This document shows, in pieces, positions 10,391 to 21,581 of a stretch of 64,000 nucleotides of DNA. Position 1 is the stretch's first letter; the number at the start of each line of letters is the position of its first letter. The stretch covers positions 512,083 through 576,082 of the forward strand of contig CBDEVR010000002.1 in NCBI GenBank assembly GCA_965243745.1. Reading direction: 5' to 3'. The notes under the pieces were generated by a model that was not told the DNA's origin, did not search any database, and was given only the letters and a program-made list of their open reading frames with translations. This stretch comes from Dehalococcoidia bacterium (GTDB lineage Bacteria; Chloroflexota; Dehalococcoidia; Lucifugimonadales; Australimonadaceae). The translations under genes were made by a program, and so were the position numbers.

Positions 10391-10758
10391 GAGAGACGCC
10401 CCACGACCGACGCCACCGCGTAGGCGCGCGAATGAGACAGGCTCACCGCGAGCCGATCGATCCCCAGCTTCCGAGCGCGGGCGTCCGCCCTGCCGTGCAG
10501 CGCTATCTCCGGTTCGCCGCTGCGCTTCCGCGTTACCTCCACCTCCCGCCAGCCGATGCCGCGCGTGCCGGTGCCCAATGCCTTCATCGTTGCCTCTTTC
10601 GCGGCGAACCGCGCGGCCAACTGCGGCGCGCGTCCCCTGCAATACGCAATCTCATCCGCCGTGTACACACGCTCCAGGAACCGCGTCCCGAAGCGCTCCA
10701 GCGTCGCCGCGATGCGGTCTATCTCGATCATGTCCACGCCGACGGAGATGTCCTGCAA
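10387..10758 (-). CDS. acpS: Holo-[acyl-carrier-protein] synthase
   Basis: GVDMIEIDRI, LAARFAAKEA, VSLSHS; TTG start after GGAGGG RBS. Confidence 0.94.
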   Translation of the reverse strand: MQDISVGVDMIEIDRIAATLERFGTRFLERVYTADEIAYCRGRAPQLAARFAAKEATMKALGTGTRGIGWREVEVTRKRSGEPEIALHGRADARARKLGIDRLAVSLSHSRAYAVASVVGRLS

Positions 10759-10885
10759 CCTTCCCCTCCATCTGCAACACGCCCGATACATGCGACGCGC
10801 CAGACGTATCAGGCCGCCGCATCATATCAGCCCCACCGCCCACCGGCTGCTATCATCTGACGCATCCCCACCGGAGGCGACGTCC

Positions 10886-11779
10886 GTGACCGCGACCGTT
10901 ATCGATGGCAAGCAGATGGCCGAGGAGATACGCGGCGAGGTCGCCGACGAGACGCGCGCGCTCACGGGACGCCTCGGTGTGGTCCCCGGGCTCGCAGCTG
11001 TGCTCGTTGGCGAGGACCCCGCCTCCGCCGTCTACGTGCGCAACAAGCGCCGCGCCTGCGACGAGGCGGAGATGTTCAGCGAGACGTTCGAACTGCCGAT
11101 GGAGACCTCGCAGGACGACCTCATCGCCCTCGTGCGGCAGCTCAACGCAGATCCCCGCTTCCACGGCATCCTCGTCCAACTGCCGCTGCCCGCGCACATC
11201 GAGGAGCGTGAGGTCATCCTCTCGATCGATCCCGACAAGGACGTGGACGGGATGCACCCGGTCAACGGCGGGCGCCTTATGGAGGGTAACCCACGGTTCC
11301 TTCCCGCGACGCCCGCGGGCGTGCAGCAGATGCTCGTTCGCTCCGGCAACGACCCCGGCGGCAAGCACGTCGTCATCGTGGGGCGCAGCAACATCGTGGG
11401 CAAACCGCTCGCAGCGCTCCTCGTCCAGAAGGCCCCGGGCGCGAATGCCACCGTTACCGTCTGTCACACCGGCACACGCGACCTCGCAGCCCTCACCCGC
11501 CAGGCGGACATCGTCGTCGCGGCGATAGGCCGGCCCCGAGCGCTCACCGCAGACATGGTCGCAGACGGCGCGGTCGTGATCGACGTGGGCATCAACCGCG
11601 TGGACGACGCGACGCGGAAGTCCGGCTACCGGCTCGTCGGAGACGTGGACTACGACGCGGTCGCGGAGAAGGCGTCGGCCATCACCCCGGTGCCCGGCGG
11701 CGTGGGGCCCATGACCATCGCCATGCTGCTCACGAACACGCTGCGGGCAGCGCGCCTTTCCGCGGGAGAGAGTGTTTAG
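10886..11779 (+). CDS. folD: Methylenetetrahydrofolate dehydrogenase/cyclohydrolase
   Basis: YVRNK, GILVQLPLP, KDVDG, GRSNIVGKP, PVPGGVGPMTIAML. Confidence 0.96.
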   Translation: MTATVIDGKQMAEEIRGEVADETRALTGRLGVVPGLAAVLVGEDPASAVYVRNKRRACDEAEMFSETFELPMETSQDDLIALVRQLNADPRFHGILVQLPLPAHIEEREVILSIDPDKDVDGMHPVNGGRLMEGNPRFLPATPAGVQQMLVRSGNDPGGKHVVIVGRSNIVGKPLAALLVQKAPGANATVTVCHTGTRDLAALTRQADIVVAAIGRPRALTADMVADGAVVIDVGINRVDDATRKSGYRLVGDVDYDAVAEKASAITPVPGGVGPMTIAMLLTNTLRAARLSAGESV

Positions 11780-11786
11780 CGGCGGT

Positions 11787-12248
11787 CTACCGCACCTCGA
11801 ACAGCGACTCGACCTCCACCGCCGCGCCGCCGGGCAGGGAACCAGCGCCGTAGGCCACGCGCGCGTGCCGCCCCGCCTCGCCGAAGACCGCGACCATCAG
11901 GTCGGAGAAGCCGTTGATCACCTGCGGCTGCTGGGCGAAGTCCGGCGTCGCATTCACCAGTCCCATCACCCGTACGACCCGCACGACGTTGTCGAGATCG
12001 CCGAGCGCCGCCTTGACCACCGCGAGCGCGAACAGGCCGCAGTTGCGTGCCGCCTCGTACGCGTCCTCGACGCCTGTGTCTGCGCCGACCTTGCCGGTGA
12101 TCATCGACCCGTCAGCATTGCGTGGCACCTGTCCCGCCACGTACAGCAGGTTCCCTGTCCGTACGAAGGGAACGTAGTTCGCCACGGGAGTCGACACCTG
12201 CGGCAACTCCAACCCCAACTCCTGTAAACGGTCCTCGGCAACTGACAC
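11787..12248 (-). CDS. RidA/YjgF family protein
   Basis: PVANYVPFVRTGNLLYVAGQ, VINGFSDL, GRHARVAYG. Confidence 0.88.
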   Translation of the reverse strand: MSVAEDRLQELGLELPQVSTPVANYVPFVRTGNLLYVAGQVPRNADGSMITGKVGADTGVEDAYEAARNCGLFALAVVKAALGDLDNVVRVVRVMGLVNATPDFAQQPQVINGFSDLMVAVFGEAGRHARVAYGAGSLPGGAAVEVESLFEVR

Positions 12249-12386
12249 GGCTACGACACCTCTATGGGAGATCGGGGCAGCGCCTGCCCCACACGACGAT
12301 GATAGCACCAGCTGCGCGCAGCCCCACGACCGCGCCGCGATGCGTAGAATAGCGCCGCATCCCGCCGACCCTCGGAGGTCCTGCGC

Positions 12387-14006
<1,620 letters not shown>

Positions 14007-14010
14007 GCCC

Positions 14011-14709
14011 CTACGCCTCGGGGAAGGCCTCCAGGTGCTCGGCGAGCTCGTCGAGGTGCATGACGTCCGCGTACTTGTGGTGCATGTCGAACAGGTTGAC
14101 CTTGTGCGAGAGCAGGGCGCGGTCGTACACGCACTCCTCGGCGATGACGACGTGGAAGCCGTTGGAGTAGGCGTCGGCGACCGACGCCCGGACACAGCCG
14201 CTCGTGCTCTCACCGCAGACCAAGACCGTGTCGACGCCCATCTGCACCAGCTGCGCCACCAGCGGTGTCCCGTAGAACCCGCTCGCGCGCTGCTTGTAGA
14301 TGATGAGGTCCTCCGGCTCCGGCGCGAACGCCTCGTAGATGCCGAACGGGTTCTCCCCCTGGTTCGCCCGGCGGCGGTTCGTCGAGCGCAGACGGTTCGG
14401 GCGTGCCTCAGGCCTGTCCTCGCCGGTCGTGTAGACGACCGGGAAGCCGCGGGCGCGCGCCATCGCGAAGAGCTGCTTCGTGGGCTCGATGGCGTTCCAC
14501 GCGTACTCGCCGCAGCCGCTCGGGAACTCCTTGGCGACCTCGTGCACTGGGCGCGGGCCGCCCTGATACGCCGAGTTGTAGAGGTCGATCGCCAGAATCG
14601 CCGGGCGGCGCCCGACGAACAGCTCGCGCTGGTAGTGCTTGTAGAGCTCGATGTCCTCCGCGCTCACCACGTCCTGCCAGCAGTGGTCCTCGAAACCGTA
14701 GGTAGCCAT
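14011..14709 (-). CDS. Isochorismatase-family cysteine hydrolase
   Basis: LAID, YKQRASGFYGT, GESTSGCVRAS catalytic triad pattern. Confidence 0.9.
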   Translation of the reverse strand: MATYGFEDHCWQDVVSAEDIELYKHYQRELFVGRRPAILAIDLYNSAYQGGPRPVHEVAKEFPSGCGEYAWNAIEPTKQLFAMARARGFPVVYTTGEDRPEARPNRLRSTNRRRANQGENPFGIYEAFAPEPEDLIIYKQRASGFYGTPLVAQLVQMGVDTVLVCGESTSGCVRASVADAYSNGFHVVIAEECVYDRALLSHKVNLFDMHHKYADVMHLDELAEHLEAFPEA

Positions 14710-14816
14710 CGCCCGCCTCCTTGTGCCCCGTGTTGGGCGCATTATACGTCCGCGCGCTTGCTCCGGTGCGCTACAATCCGGCGCAGCAGCACCGCTCCGG
14801 GCAGAGGGAGGGCACG

Positions 14817-16067
14817 ATGCTCACGCAGCAGGAGAACGAACGGCTCACGCAGGTCGGCGCCGGAACGCCCATGGGCGAACTGATGCGCCGCTACTGGCAC
14901 CCCATCGCCGCGGCAGCCGAGATGGACGAGCGTCCCACGAAAGCCGTGCGCCTGCTCGGGGAGGACCTCGTCCTCTACAAGGACAGGTCCGGCACGCTGG
15001 GGCTCATCGAAAGGTTCTGCCCGCACCGGCGCGTCGATCTGTCGTACGGCATCCCGGAGGAGCACGGCCTGCGCTGCATGTACCACGGCTGGATGATGGA
15101 CGAGACCGGCCAGTGCATCGAGCAGCCGTTCGAGGAGACCGTGCACCCGGACGGGCGCTTCAAGGAGAAGGTGAAGGTCACTGCGTACCCGGTCGAGGAG
15201 CTGAGCGGGCTGCTGTTCGCCTACATGGGCCCACTGCCCGCACCGCTCGTCCCACGCTGGGACCTGTTCGTGACCGACCACGCGTGGCGCGACATCGGCT
15301 TCACGATGCTCCCCTGCAACTGGCTCCAGTGCCAGGAGAACTCAGCCGACCCCGTCCACGCGGAGTGGCTGCACGGCGTCTACGGCTGGTACCTCGCGCA
15401 GAAGTCCGGCGAGGAGGTGCCGACGTGGCGCCAGGCGATGATGCGCCCCCACCAGCGCATCGGCTTCACGGAGTTCGCGCACGGCGTCTTCAAGCGACGC
15501 ATCGTCGAGGGCAGCAGCGAGGACGACGACATCTGGAAGGTCGGCCACCCGTGGGTGTTCCCGAACATCCTCCGCTCCACCACCGGCACGACGAGCACCG
15601 AGTTCCAGATCCGCGTGCCTGTCGACGACCACAACACGCTCCACGTCGTGTACACGCGGTACCAGTTCCCGCCGGAGGTGCACGTGCCGCCACAGGGGAA
15701 GGTGCCCTACTACGAGATACCGCTGTACGACGCGAACGGCGAGCTGAACGTGGAGCTGCCGCTGGTGCAGGACTTCATGGCCTGGGTGACGCAGACGCCC
15801 ATCGCCGACCGCACGCGCGAGAAGCTCGGCGAGTCCGACACGGGCATCATCCTGCTACGGAAGATGCTGAACGACGCGATGGCGACGGTCGCGGACGGCG
15901 GCGACCCGATGAACGTCTTCCGCGACCCGGAAACGAACCAGTGCATCGAGATGACGCAGGAGAAGGTGTACTACACCCCGGACCGGAACCAGGCGCGGAT
16001 GATCTACTACGGCCACCAGGCCTACAACCCCAGGATCGACGAGATCATCGCGATGTTCCCGGAGTAG
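14817..16067 (+). CDS. Rieske non-heme iron oxygenase alpha subunit (LigXa/phthalate dioxygenase type)
   Basis: CPH..CMYH Rieske motif, ENSADPVHAEWLH iron site, MLTQQENERLTQVGAGTPMGELMRRYW N-terminus. Confidence 0.92.
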   Translation: MLTQQENERLTQVGAGTPMGELMRRYWHPIAAAAEMDERPTKAVRLLGEDLVLYKDRSGTLGLIERFCPHRRVDLSYGIPEEHGLRCMYHGWMMDETGQCIEQPFEETVHPDGRFKEKVKVTAYPVEELSGLLFAYMGPLPAPLVPRWDLFVTDHAWRDIGFTMLPCNWLQCQENSADPVHAEWLHGVYGWYLAQKSGEEVPTWRQAMMRPHQRIGFTEFAHGVFKRRIVEGSSEDDDIWKVGHPWVFPNILRSTTGTTSTEFQIRVPVDDHNTLHVVYTRYQFPPEVHVPPQGKVPYYEIPLYDANGELNVELPLVQDFMAWVTQTPIADRTREKLGESDTGIILLRKMLNDAMATVADGGDPMNVFRDPETNQCIEMTQEKVYYTPDRNQARMIYYGHQAYNPRIDEIIAMFPE

Positions 16068-16070
16068 GCG

Positions 16071-17597
16071 CTAGACGGGGCAGTCTTCCAGTCCCAACTC
16101 GTCAATCGTGCTTTCCTCGCTAGGCTGAAGTTCCCCGCCAGGAAGCAAGTAGTGTGAACTCACGCGAGACAGCAGTGGGTTGTCCTCAAAGAACTCACGT
16201 ACTACAAGCCGCATCTTCAGGCCATCGTTCACATCGATAACCTGGGAATGCGCCCCCCATAGCAGCTCATACCGTGCGGCATCACGCCCATCTACCGCTA
16301 CCTTGCCTGCGTAGCGGCCGTAGTGCTGGCCATGATCGCTGGACACGGGAGAGCCTTCCGAGTCTACAAACCTGGAATTGCCAATAGGCAGATACTCCCC
16401 CAGAGCCTCCGAGAGGTCTTCATAGCCGGGGTTGTCGGCATCAGGCAACTCTGTCCATTCGCCTGTTTGCGTATCCAGCTCCCATATTCCGTCAGGCGTT
16501 GCCCTTACTCCATACACGACACGCCCTCTCTGAGTGGTAACCGATTCCGAGGTGGCGCGCCAAAGACCTTCGGCGTCGCGAGCGACCGCGTAACTTCCCT
16601 CCCCTTCAACTGGACCACCCGGGAACGCCTTGCCCCACCAAGGATGCAACCATTGAACGACGTGCACTTTGAAGGTCATGCGGCAACCATCGAGGAGGCC
16701 CTCCCGCAGAGAGCTGTAAACATCTGCCGCCCTCTCTGCGAGCTGATCCCACACCGCAACAGCGGCGGCATCGCGTTTCTCACCTGCAGTGCATCGTGTC
16801 AGTTCATATCGATACCGCATGAACTGCCGCTCCAGCCGCCGGGCGCCGTCCTCCAAAACACTGTACTCGTTCTCAACGAAGACATAGGGATTCTCGACCA
16901 GGTAGTCGGTAACGATGAGAGCTGATGTTGGCACGTCCGATTCCAGCGCGTCTTCACGTTCAATACGTGTCTCATAGCGCAGGCTCGGTTGCCCCAAGTA
17001 GGTGGACCGGCCCAAATAAGTCCCACGAGGGGCATCGTTCACGAAGCGTAGGTATTCCGAGCCGAACCACACAATCAGGTCGTGGGCATTGTCAAAGGGG
17101 TTACTACCGTCATCGGATTCCGGCATCCGGCCAGCGTCCTGCCTATTGGGGGTTCTACCACCACCACCGCTCGAACGATCCAGTCGGCCATCCCTCATGA
17201 CGATCTGCCTTTCAAACGTCCAGCCTTCCTCGTTGTTGTACTCAGCCGGCAGCCCGGCGTACGCGTAAACGAAGGTGCAGTGTTCCACGTTGTGGATGAA
17301 TTGGTCACGCAGCCTCGCCACGTTCTTGTGGAGTAAGGACTCCGCCTCTGCCGGTGATAGCACGGCAGGGACAGCAGCCGGCCCAGGGGTGGGGGTGGCC
17401 GTCTCCATCAGCGTTGGCGTTGGAGGGACAAGTGTTGCGGTCGGCGTTGGAGCAGGTGTCGCAGTGGGCACAAGCGCAGGCGTCGGCGTTGGCGTAGGTG
17501 TCGCGGTTGGCACGGGCGTGGGCGTCGGCGAAGTGCAGGCGACCACCGCGACCAGCAGCAACACGAGGGACGAGAGAAGGCCAGCAAGGAACCGCAT
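16071..17597 (-). CDS. Putative lipoprotein with Pro/Thr linker and duplicated unknown domain
   Basis: Signal peptide ending VVAC, PT repeats, visibly more AT-rich DNA than neighbours. Confidence 0.75.
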   Translation of the reverse strand: MRFLAGLLSSLVLLLVAVVACTSPTPTPVPTATPTPTPTPALVPTATPAPTPTATLVPPTPTLMETATPTPGPAAVPAVLSPAEAESLLHKNVARLRDQFIHNVEHCTFVYAYAGLPAEYNNEEGWTFERQIVMRDGRLDRSSGGGGRTPNRQDAGRMPESDDGSNPFDNAHDLIVWFGSEYLRFVNDAPRGTYLGRSTYLGQPSLRYETRIEREDALESDVPTSALIVTDYLVENPYVFVENEYSVLEDGARRLERQFMRYRYELTRCTAGEKRDAAAVAVWDQLAERAADVYSSLREGLLDGCRMTFKVHVVQWLHPWWGKAFPGGPVEGEGSYAVARDAEGLWRATSESVTTQRGRVVYGVRATPDGIWELDTQTGEWTELPDADNPGYEDLSEALGEYLPIGNSRFVDSEGSPVSSDHGQHYGRYAGKVAVDGRDAARYELLWGAHSQVIDVNDGLKMRLVVREFFEDNPLLSRVSSHYLLPGGELQPSEESTIDELGLEDCPV

Positions 17598-17613
17598 CGA
17601 ATGGATGCCCGGC

Positions 17614-18597
17614 TCACACGTCGTCGCAGTAGGCGAAGGCGTTGCCGACCGGCGAGGCGTAGACCTCGATGTAGTCCACGATCGTGGTCGGGCGGCCGTC
17701 GCTGACGGCAGCTGCCGCGATCCACGCGCAGGTCTCGCGGGTGCCGAACGCGGGGCCGCCCGGCGACGGCATGCCGGTGCTGACGCGCCCGCGGTAGGCG
17801 GCGTCCTGGCTCGTGTCGTCCTCCGGGATGACGTAGGAGTCGAAGTAGTCGGCCATGCCACGGGCGTCGCCCTCCTCGAGGCGCGCCAGTATCGCGCGGT
17901 CGAACTCCTCGTTCAGCCACGCGCCCGGCATCCCCGGCGTGTGCCAGAGGCCGCCTGACGCCGCGACGGCGACGCGCAGGTCGGAGGGAGCATCGTCCAG
18001 CGCCTCCCGCACCGCCTTGCCGAACTGGTAGCTGCGGAGGCCGGACACCTGCGGCGCGAAGTAGAGGTTCATCATGATGGGCACGGAGGGCAGCGAGAAG
18101 TCGGTCAGCTCCTCAACCGACCGGATGACGCCGCCCGCGAGGCCGCGGTCCGGCTTCGGCATGTCCATGCAGAACGCAGGGTCGAAGCCGCGCTGCATGA
18201 CGCCGGAGAGCAGGTGCACCGCCAACTCCGGGTGGCCGGGGAAGCGGTAGCCGGGCTCGGCGTGACGCCCGATCACCGGGGTGCGCGGCTCGCGCGGCGA
18301 TTTCGCGAAGCTCTCGCCAACGTAGACGGCAAACGCGGGGTAGTTGTTGAAGTCGAAGCACTCCAGCTGGTCGTCGCTGAACACGACGAGCACGTCGGGC
18401 TCGAGCTCGGCGATGCGCTCGCGCAGGACGCGGAATCCCTCGTGGGTGCGGTTGGCCTTCGCCGTGTTCACTTCGAGGGATTCGACCGGCACGTCCGGCC
18501 GTATCGGGCGTGCTGCGCGCCGGGCAACCCACAGGTCCGGCGGGAGCGACGTGGTGCCCCCGTGCGAGTGGAAGAACGTTCCGACGATGGTGGCCAT
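17614..18597 (-). CDS. Class III extradiol ring-cleavage dioxygenase (DesZ/LigB family)
   Basis: HSHG N-terminus, FSDDQLE, ASGGLWH, WLNEEFDR, GTRETCAW. Confidence 0.82.
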   Translation of the reverse strand: MATIVGTFFHSHGGTTSLPPDLWVARRAARPIRPDVPVESLEVNTAKANRTHEGFRVLRERIAELEPDVLVVFSDDQLECFDFNNYPAFAVYVGESFAKSPREPRTPVIGRHAEPGYRFPGHPELAVHLLSGVMQRGFDPAFCMDMPKPDRGLAGGVIRSVEELTDFSLPSVPIMMNLYFAPQVSGLRSYQFGKAVREALDDAPSDLRVAVAASGGLWHTPGMPGAWLNEEFDRAILARLEEGDARGMADYFDSYVIPEDDTSQDAAYRGRVSTGMPSPGGPAFGTRETCAWIAAAAVSDGRPTTIVDYIEVYASPVGNAFAYCDDV

Positions 18598-18748
18598 CTC
18601 TCCCCTTTCGTCGCGGTGCGCGTCGCGCGCAGTATACGCGGCTGCGCCCTGTGTCGTAGGGGGAATGTGACACGAGGGCATTGCGGTGTACGGCCCTGCC
18701 TCCCATAGAGTGGGGCATAGCCCGATAGGGGGCGAGGAGGTAGGCGAA

Positions 18749-19135
18749 ATGGCAGTTGCGAACCCGAACATAAACCCGCTGGCGGAACTGGGAGCGTTCC
18801 TCCCCGGCGACACGCTGGAGCGGCTGGCCATCCTGCTTGCCGAGCCGGATGCCCGCCATTCGTGCGGACAGCTGGCGCGGCTGGGCGCGGCGTTCAGCAG
18901 CGTGGGCGCAAGCCTGACGAGCGCCGCAAGGGACGGTATGCACGAGCGGCTCGCCGGAGGGGATGGGCGCGCCTTCGAGTCCGGCGTGCTGTTCCAGTGG
19001 CGGAGGCCGTCCGTCGTGACGGCGGTGGACACGCAGCGGGTGCGCGCCGCGTTCCCGCCGACGATGCGGCCCGACCTCTACAAGACGCGGGAGATGCAAG
19101 GCGTGGTGGCCGTCACGGTGAAAGAGGCGGCGTAG
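18749..19135 (+). CDS. Hypothetical protein (phage-like)
   Basis: GAGGAGG RBS upstream, 128-aa ORF, C-terminus DTQRVRAAFPPTMRPDLYKT. Confidence 0.6.
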   Translation: MAVANPNINPLAELGAFLPGDTLERLAILLAEPDARHSCGQLARLGAAFSSVGASLTSAARDGMHERLAGGDGRAFESGVLFQWRRPSVVTAVDTQRVRAAFPPTMRPDLYKTREMQGVVAVTVKEAA

Positions 19136-19137
19136 CG

Positions 19138-19262
19138 CTCACCCCCATCACCAGGGCCCTCACCCTAACCCTCTCCCTCAGGAGAGGGAACAGGCCCCGT
19201 ACCGCACCCCGCCGCGTGCGCTGCCCGCGCACTCTGGATTCCCGCCGGTGCGGGAATGACGG
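19138..19262. repeat. REP-like palindromic repeats (two families)
   Basis: CCCTCACCCTAACCCTCTCCC-TCA-GGAGAGGG and CTGGATTCCCGC-CGGT-GCGGGAATGACGG; related copies at 27513-27587 and 60259-60306. Confidence 0.7.
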
Positions 19263-19282
19263 AACTTGTCGCGCACGCGGGA

Positions 19283-20368
19283 TCAGGCCGCCGTGCCCAT
19301 GTTGGGGTTGACCATCACCCAGACGGCGTCGGCGCCGTCGCCCTCCCCGCCGGAGGCGAGACAGGCCTCGCCGGTCAGCTCCAGCGGGTAGTTGTGCGTC
19401 ACCATCTCCCTGAGCGGGTAGTCGCCCGACGCGATCATCTCGAGGCCCATCGCCACGCTCGCGTAGCTGTGGCCCCGGCACGCGCGGAGTTGTCCGTACT
19501 TGCCTGTCAGCAGCTCCAGTGAGAAGGACTCGAGCTCGTAGGCCTGCGTGACAACGATGCCACCGCGCCGCACGAGGACCTCGATGGCCTGGTTGAAGAT
19601 GACGGGGATGCGGCCGGTCGTACAGTCGACCACCGCATCCGCGCCGCGCCCACTCGTGATGTCCATGATCGTTTCGACGAAGTCGTTGGCCTGCACGTCG
19701 ATGGTGTGGTCCGCGCCGAGCCGCCTCGCCGCTTCGAGCCGCGAACCATCCTTCGAAAGGCCGGTCACGATGACCGTCGCGCCCGCTTTCTTGGCTGCGA
19801 GGGTCGCGCCGAGACCCTTGGAGCCCGGCCCCTGCACGACGACCGTCTTGCCCGGAGCGGCCTCGCCCTCCTTGACCGCCCACTGCACGCCGTTGCCGAC
19901 CGGCAGGGCCAGCGCGGCCTCGTCGGGAGTCATCGTCTGCGGCACCTTGTGCAGCACGACGTTCGGGGGAAGGTAGAGGTACTGCCGGAAGCCGCCGTCG
20001 AGCCTGCTGGGGTTGGGGTTGTTGTGCGTGTCGGTGAGCCAGCAGTGTCTGAACTCGCCGATGCGACACCACTCGCAGTGTCCGCAGGGGAGGTACTCCT
20101 CCAGCGCGACGAGCTCGCCCTCCTCAACGCCATGGCGGTCCATGAACCCCTGCCCCGCCTTCACGATGACGCCGGCGTTCTCGTGCGCGTTCATGCCGGG
20201 GACCGGGCTCCTCCCGCCTCCCTCTCTCGTGAAGTAGCCGTAGGAGCCGCACATGCCGGCCGCTTCGACCCGCATGAGGGCGCTGTTGTAGTCGATATCA
20301 GGAACGTCGATCTCCTGTATCTCCGCCGTGCGCGGCGCGACCTTGGTTGCTGCGAGAGTCGTCTCCAT
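19283..20368 (-). CDS. Zinc-dependent alcohol dehydrogenase (MDR family)
   Basis: GMCGS, AHE, CGHCEWC..C structural Zn, QGPGSKG NAD site; start METTLAATKV. Confidence 0.88.
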   Translation of the reverse strand: METTLAATKVAPRTAEIQEIDVPDIDYNSALMRVEAAGMCGSYGYFTREGGGRSPVPGMNAHENAGVIVKAGQGFMDRHGVEEGELVALEEYLPCGHCEWCRIGEFRHCWLTDTHNNPNPSRLDGGFRQYLYLPPNVVLHKVPQTMTPDEAALALPVGNGVQWAVKEGEAAPGKTVVVQGPGSKGLGATLAAKKAGATVIVTGLSKDGSRLEAARRLGADHTIDVQANDFVETIMDITSGRGADAVVDCTTGRIPVIFNQAIEVLVRRGGIVVTQAYELESFSLELLTGKYGQLRACRGHSYASVAMGLEMIASGDYPLREMVTHNYPLELTGEACLASGGEGDGADAVWVMVNPNMGTAA

Positions 20369-20388
20369 CGCTTCCCCCTTTCGTTGTC

Positions 20389-21414
20389 CTACGCCTTGCC
20401 CGCCTCTATCTTCTCGACGTACGGCTTCGCGCGCGGGTACGCCTTCAGCACGTTGCCGTGGAACAGCTTGTAGCGGTCCTCCTCCGTCAGCCAGTCGATG
20501 CCGTCGATGTACGGCTTCGTGTCGTCGTACCAGCGCCCGGTGTCGGGGTCGATGGCCTGCACGCCGCCGATCATCTCGGAGGCGAAGAGCACGTTGTCCA
20601 CGCCGATCGTCTTGATCAGGAACTCCGTCGCGGCCTGGTTGTAGATGGCGGTGTCGAAGTAGAGGCGGCTGAGGAACTCGTCGAACGGCTCGCGCTTCGC
20701 CATGATGCTCAGCCCCTTGAAGCGCGCATACTGGAACGGGATGGCGCCGCCGCCGTGCGGCAGGATGAACCGGATGCCGGGGAAGTCCTGGAAGATGTTG
20801 GAGTCCATCAGTTGCACGAAGCCGGTGTTGTCCACGTTCATGTAGTGGGAACCGGTGGTCGTGAATGCGGGGTTGCAGGTGCCGGAGCCGTGGATCATCG
20901 CGGGCACGTCCAGCTCCACCATCTTCTCGTAGAGCGGGTACCAGTAGCGGTCGCCGAGCGGCGGGTCGGTCCAGTAGCCGCCGGACGGGTCCGGGTTGAG
21001 GTTGCAGCCGACGAAGCCCAGGTCGTTCACGGCGCGCTCCAACTCCTGAACGACGCCCTTCTCCGGCGGCACGCCGGGCGACTGCGGCAGAGAGCACGCG
21101 CCGATGAAGCGGTCCGGGTAGATGTCGCAGACGCGCTTGATCATGTCGTTGTTGATCTCGGTCCAGTAGCGGCTGATGAGTTCGCCGCCGAAGTGGTGGC
21201 CCATCCACGAGGCGCGGGGCGAGAAGATGGCGACATCCGTGCCGCGCTCGTTCTGCAGTTTGAGCTGGCCGTTCTCCAGCGAAGCGCGTATCTCGTCGTC
21301 GGAGACGTTGACGGGATGCTTCACCGGCGCGCCCATGAACGTGATCTGGGTGGCGCGGAAGATCTGCACCCCGGCGGGCGCAGTGGTGTAGTGGCCGTGG
21401 GAGTCGATGATCAT
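20389..21414 (-). CDS. ligJ: 4-oxalomesaconate hydratase-like amidohydrolase
   Basis: MIIDSHGHYTTAP, FSPRAS, LPQSPGV, NLNPDPSGG, PHGGGAIP, LFASEMIG, YDDTKPY. Confidence 0.8.
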   Translation of the reverse strand: MIIDSHGHYTTAPAGVQIFRATQITFMGAPVKHPVNVSDDEIRASLENGQLKLQNERGTDVAIFSPRASWMGHHFGGELISRYWTEINNDMIKRVCDIYPDRFIGACSLPQSPGVPPEKGVVQELERAVNDLGFVGCNLNPDPSGGYWTDPPLGDRYWYPLYEKMVELDVPAMIHGSGTCNPAFTTTGSHYMNVDNTGFVQLMDSNIFQDFPGIRFILPHGGGAIPFQYARFKGLSIMAKREPFDEFLSRLYFDTAIYNQAATEFLIKTIGVDNVLFASEMIGGVQAIDPDTGRWYDDTKPYIDGIDWLTEEDRYKLFHGNVLKAYPRAKPYVEKIEAGKA

Positions 21415-21581
21415 CTGGTTCCGTTGCTCCTGTGCGGTGCGGGGAGGTGGCGCCGCGCTGCGGCGAGCGCATACTACTCCAAGAGGGCGGCAAGGTGTGA
21501 GCGGACCCCGCTTGCCACGACGCGCGATCGAGGCCAAGATTGCGGCTGAACAGCCGCAGCACTCACGGCGGGAGGTGAAGT

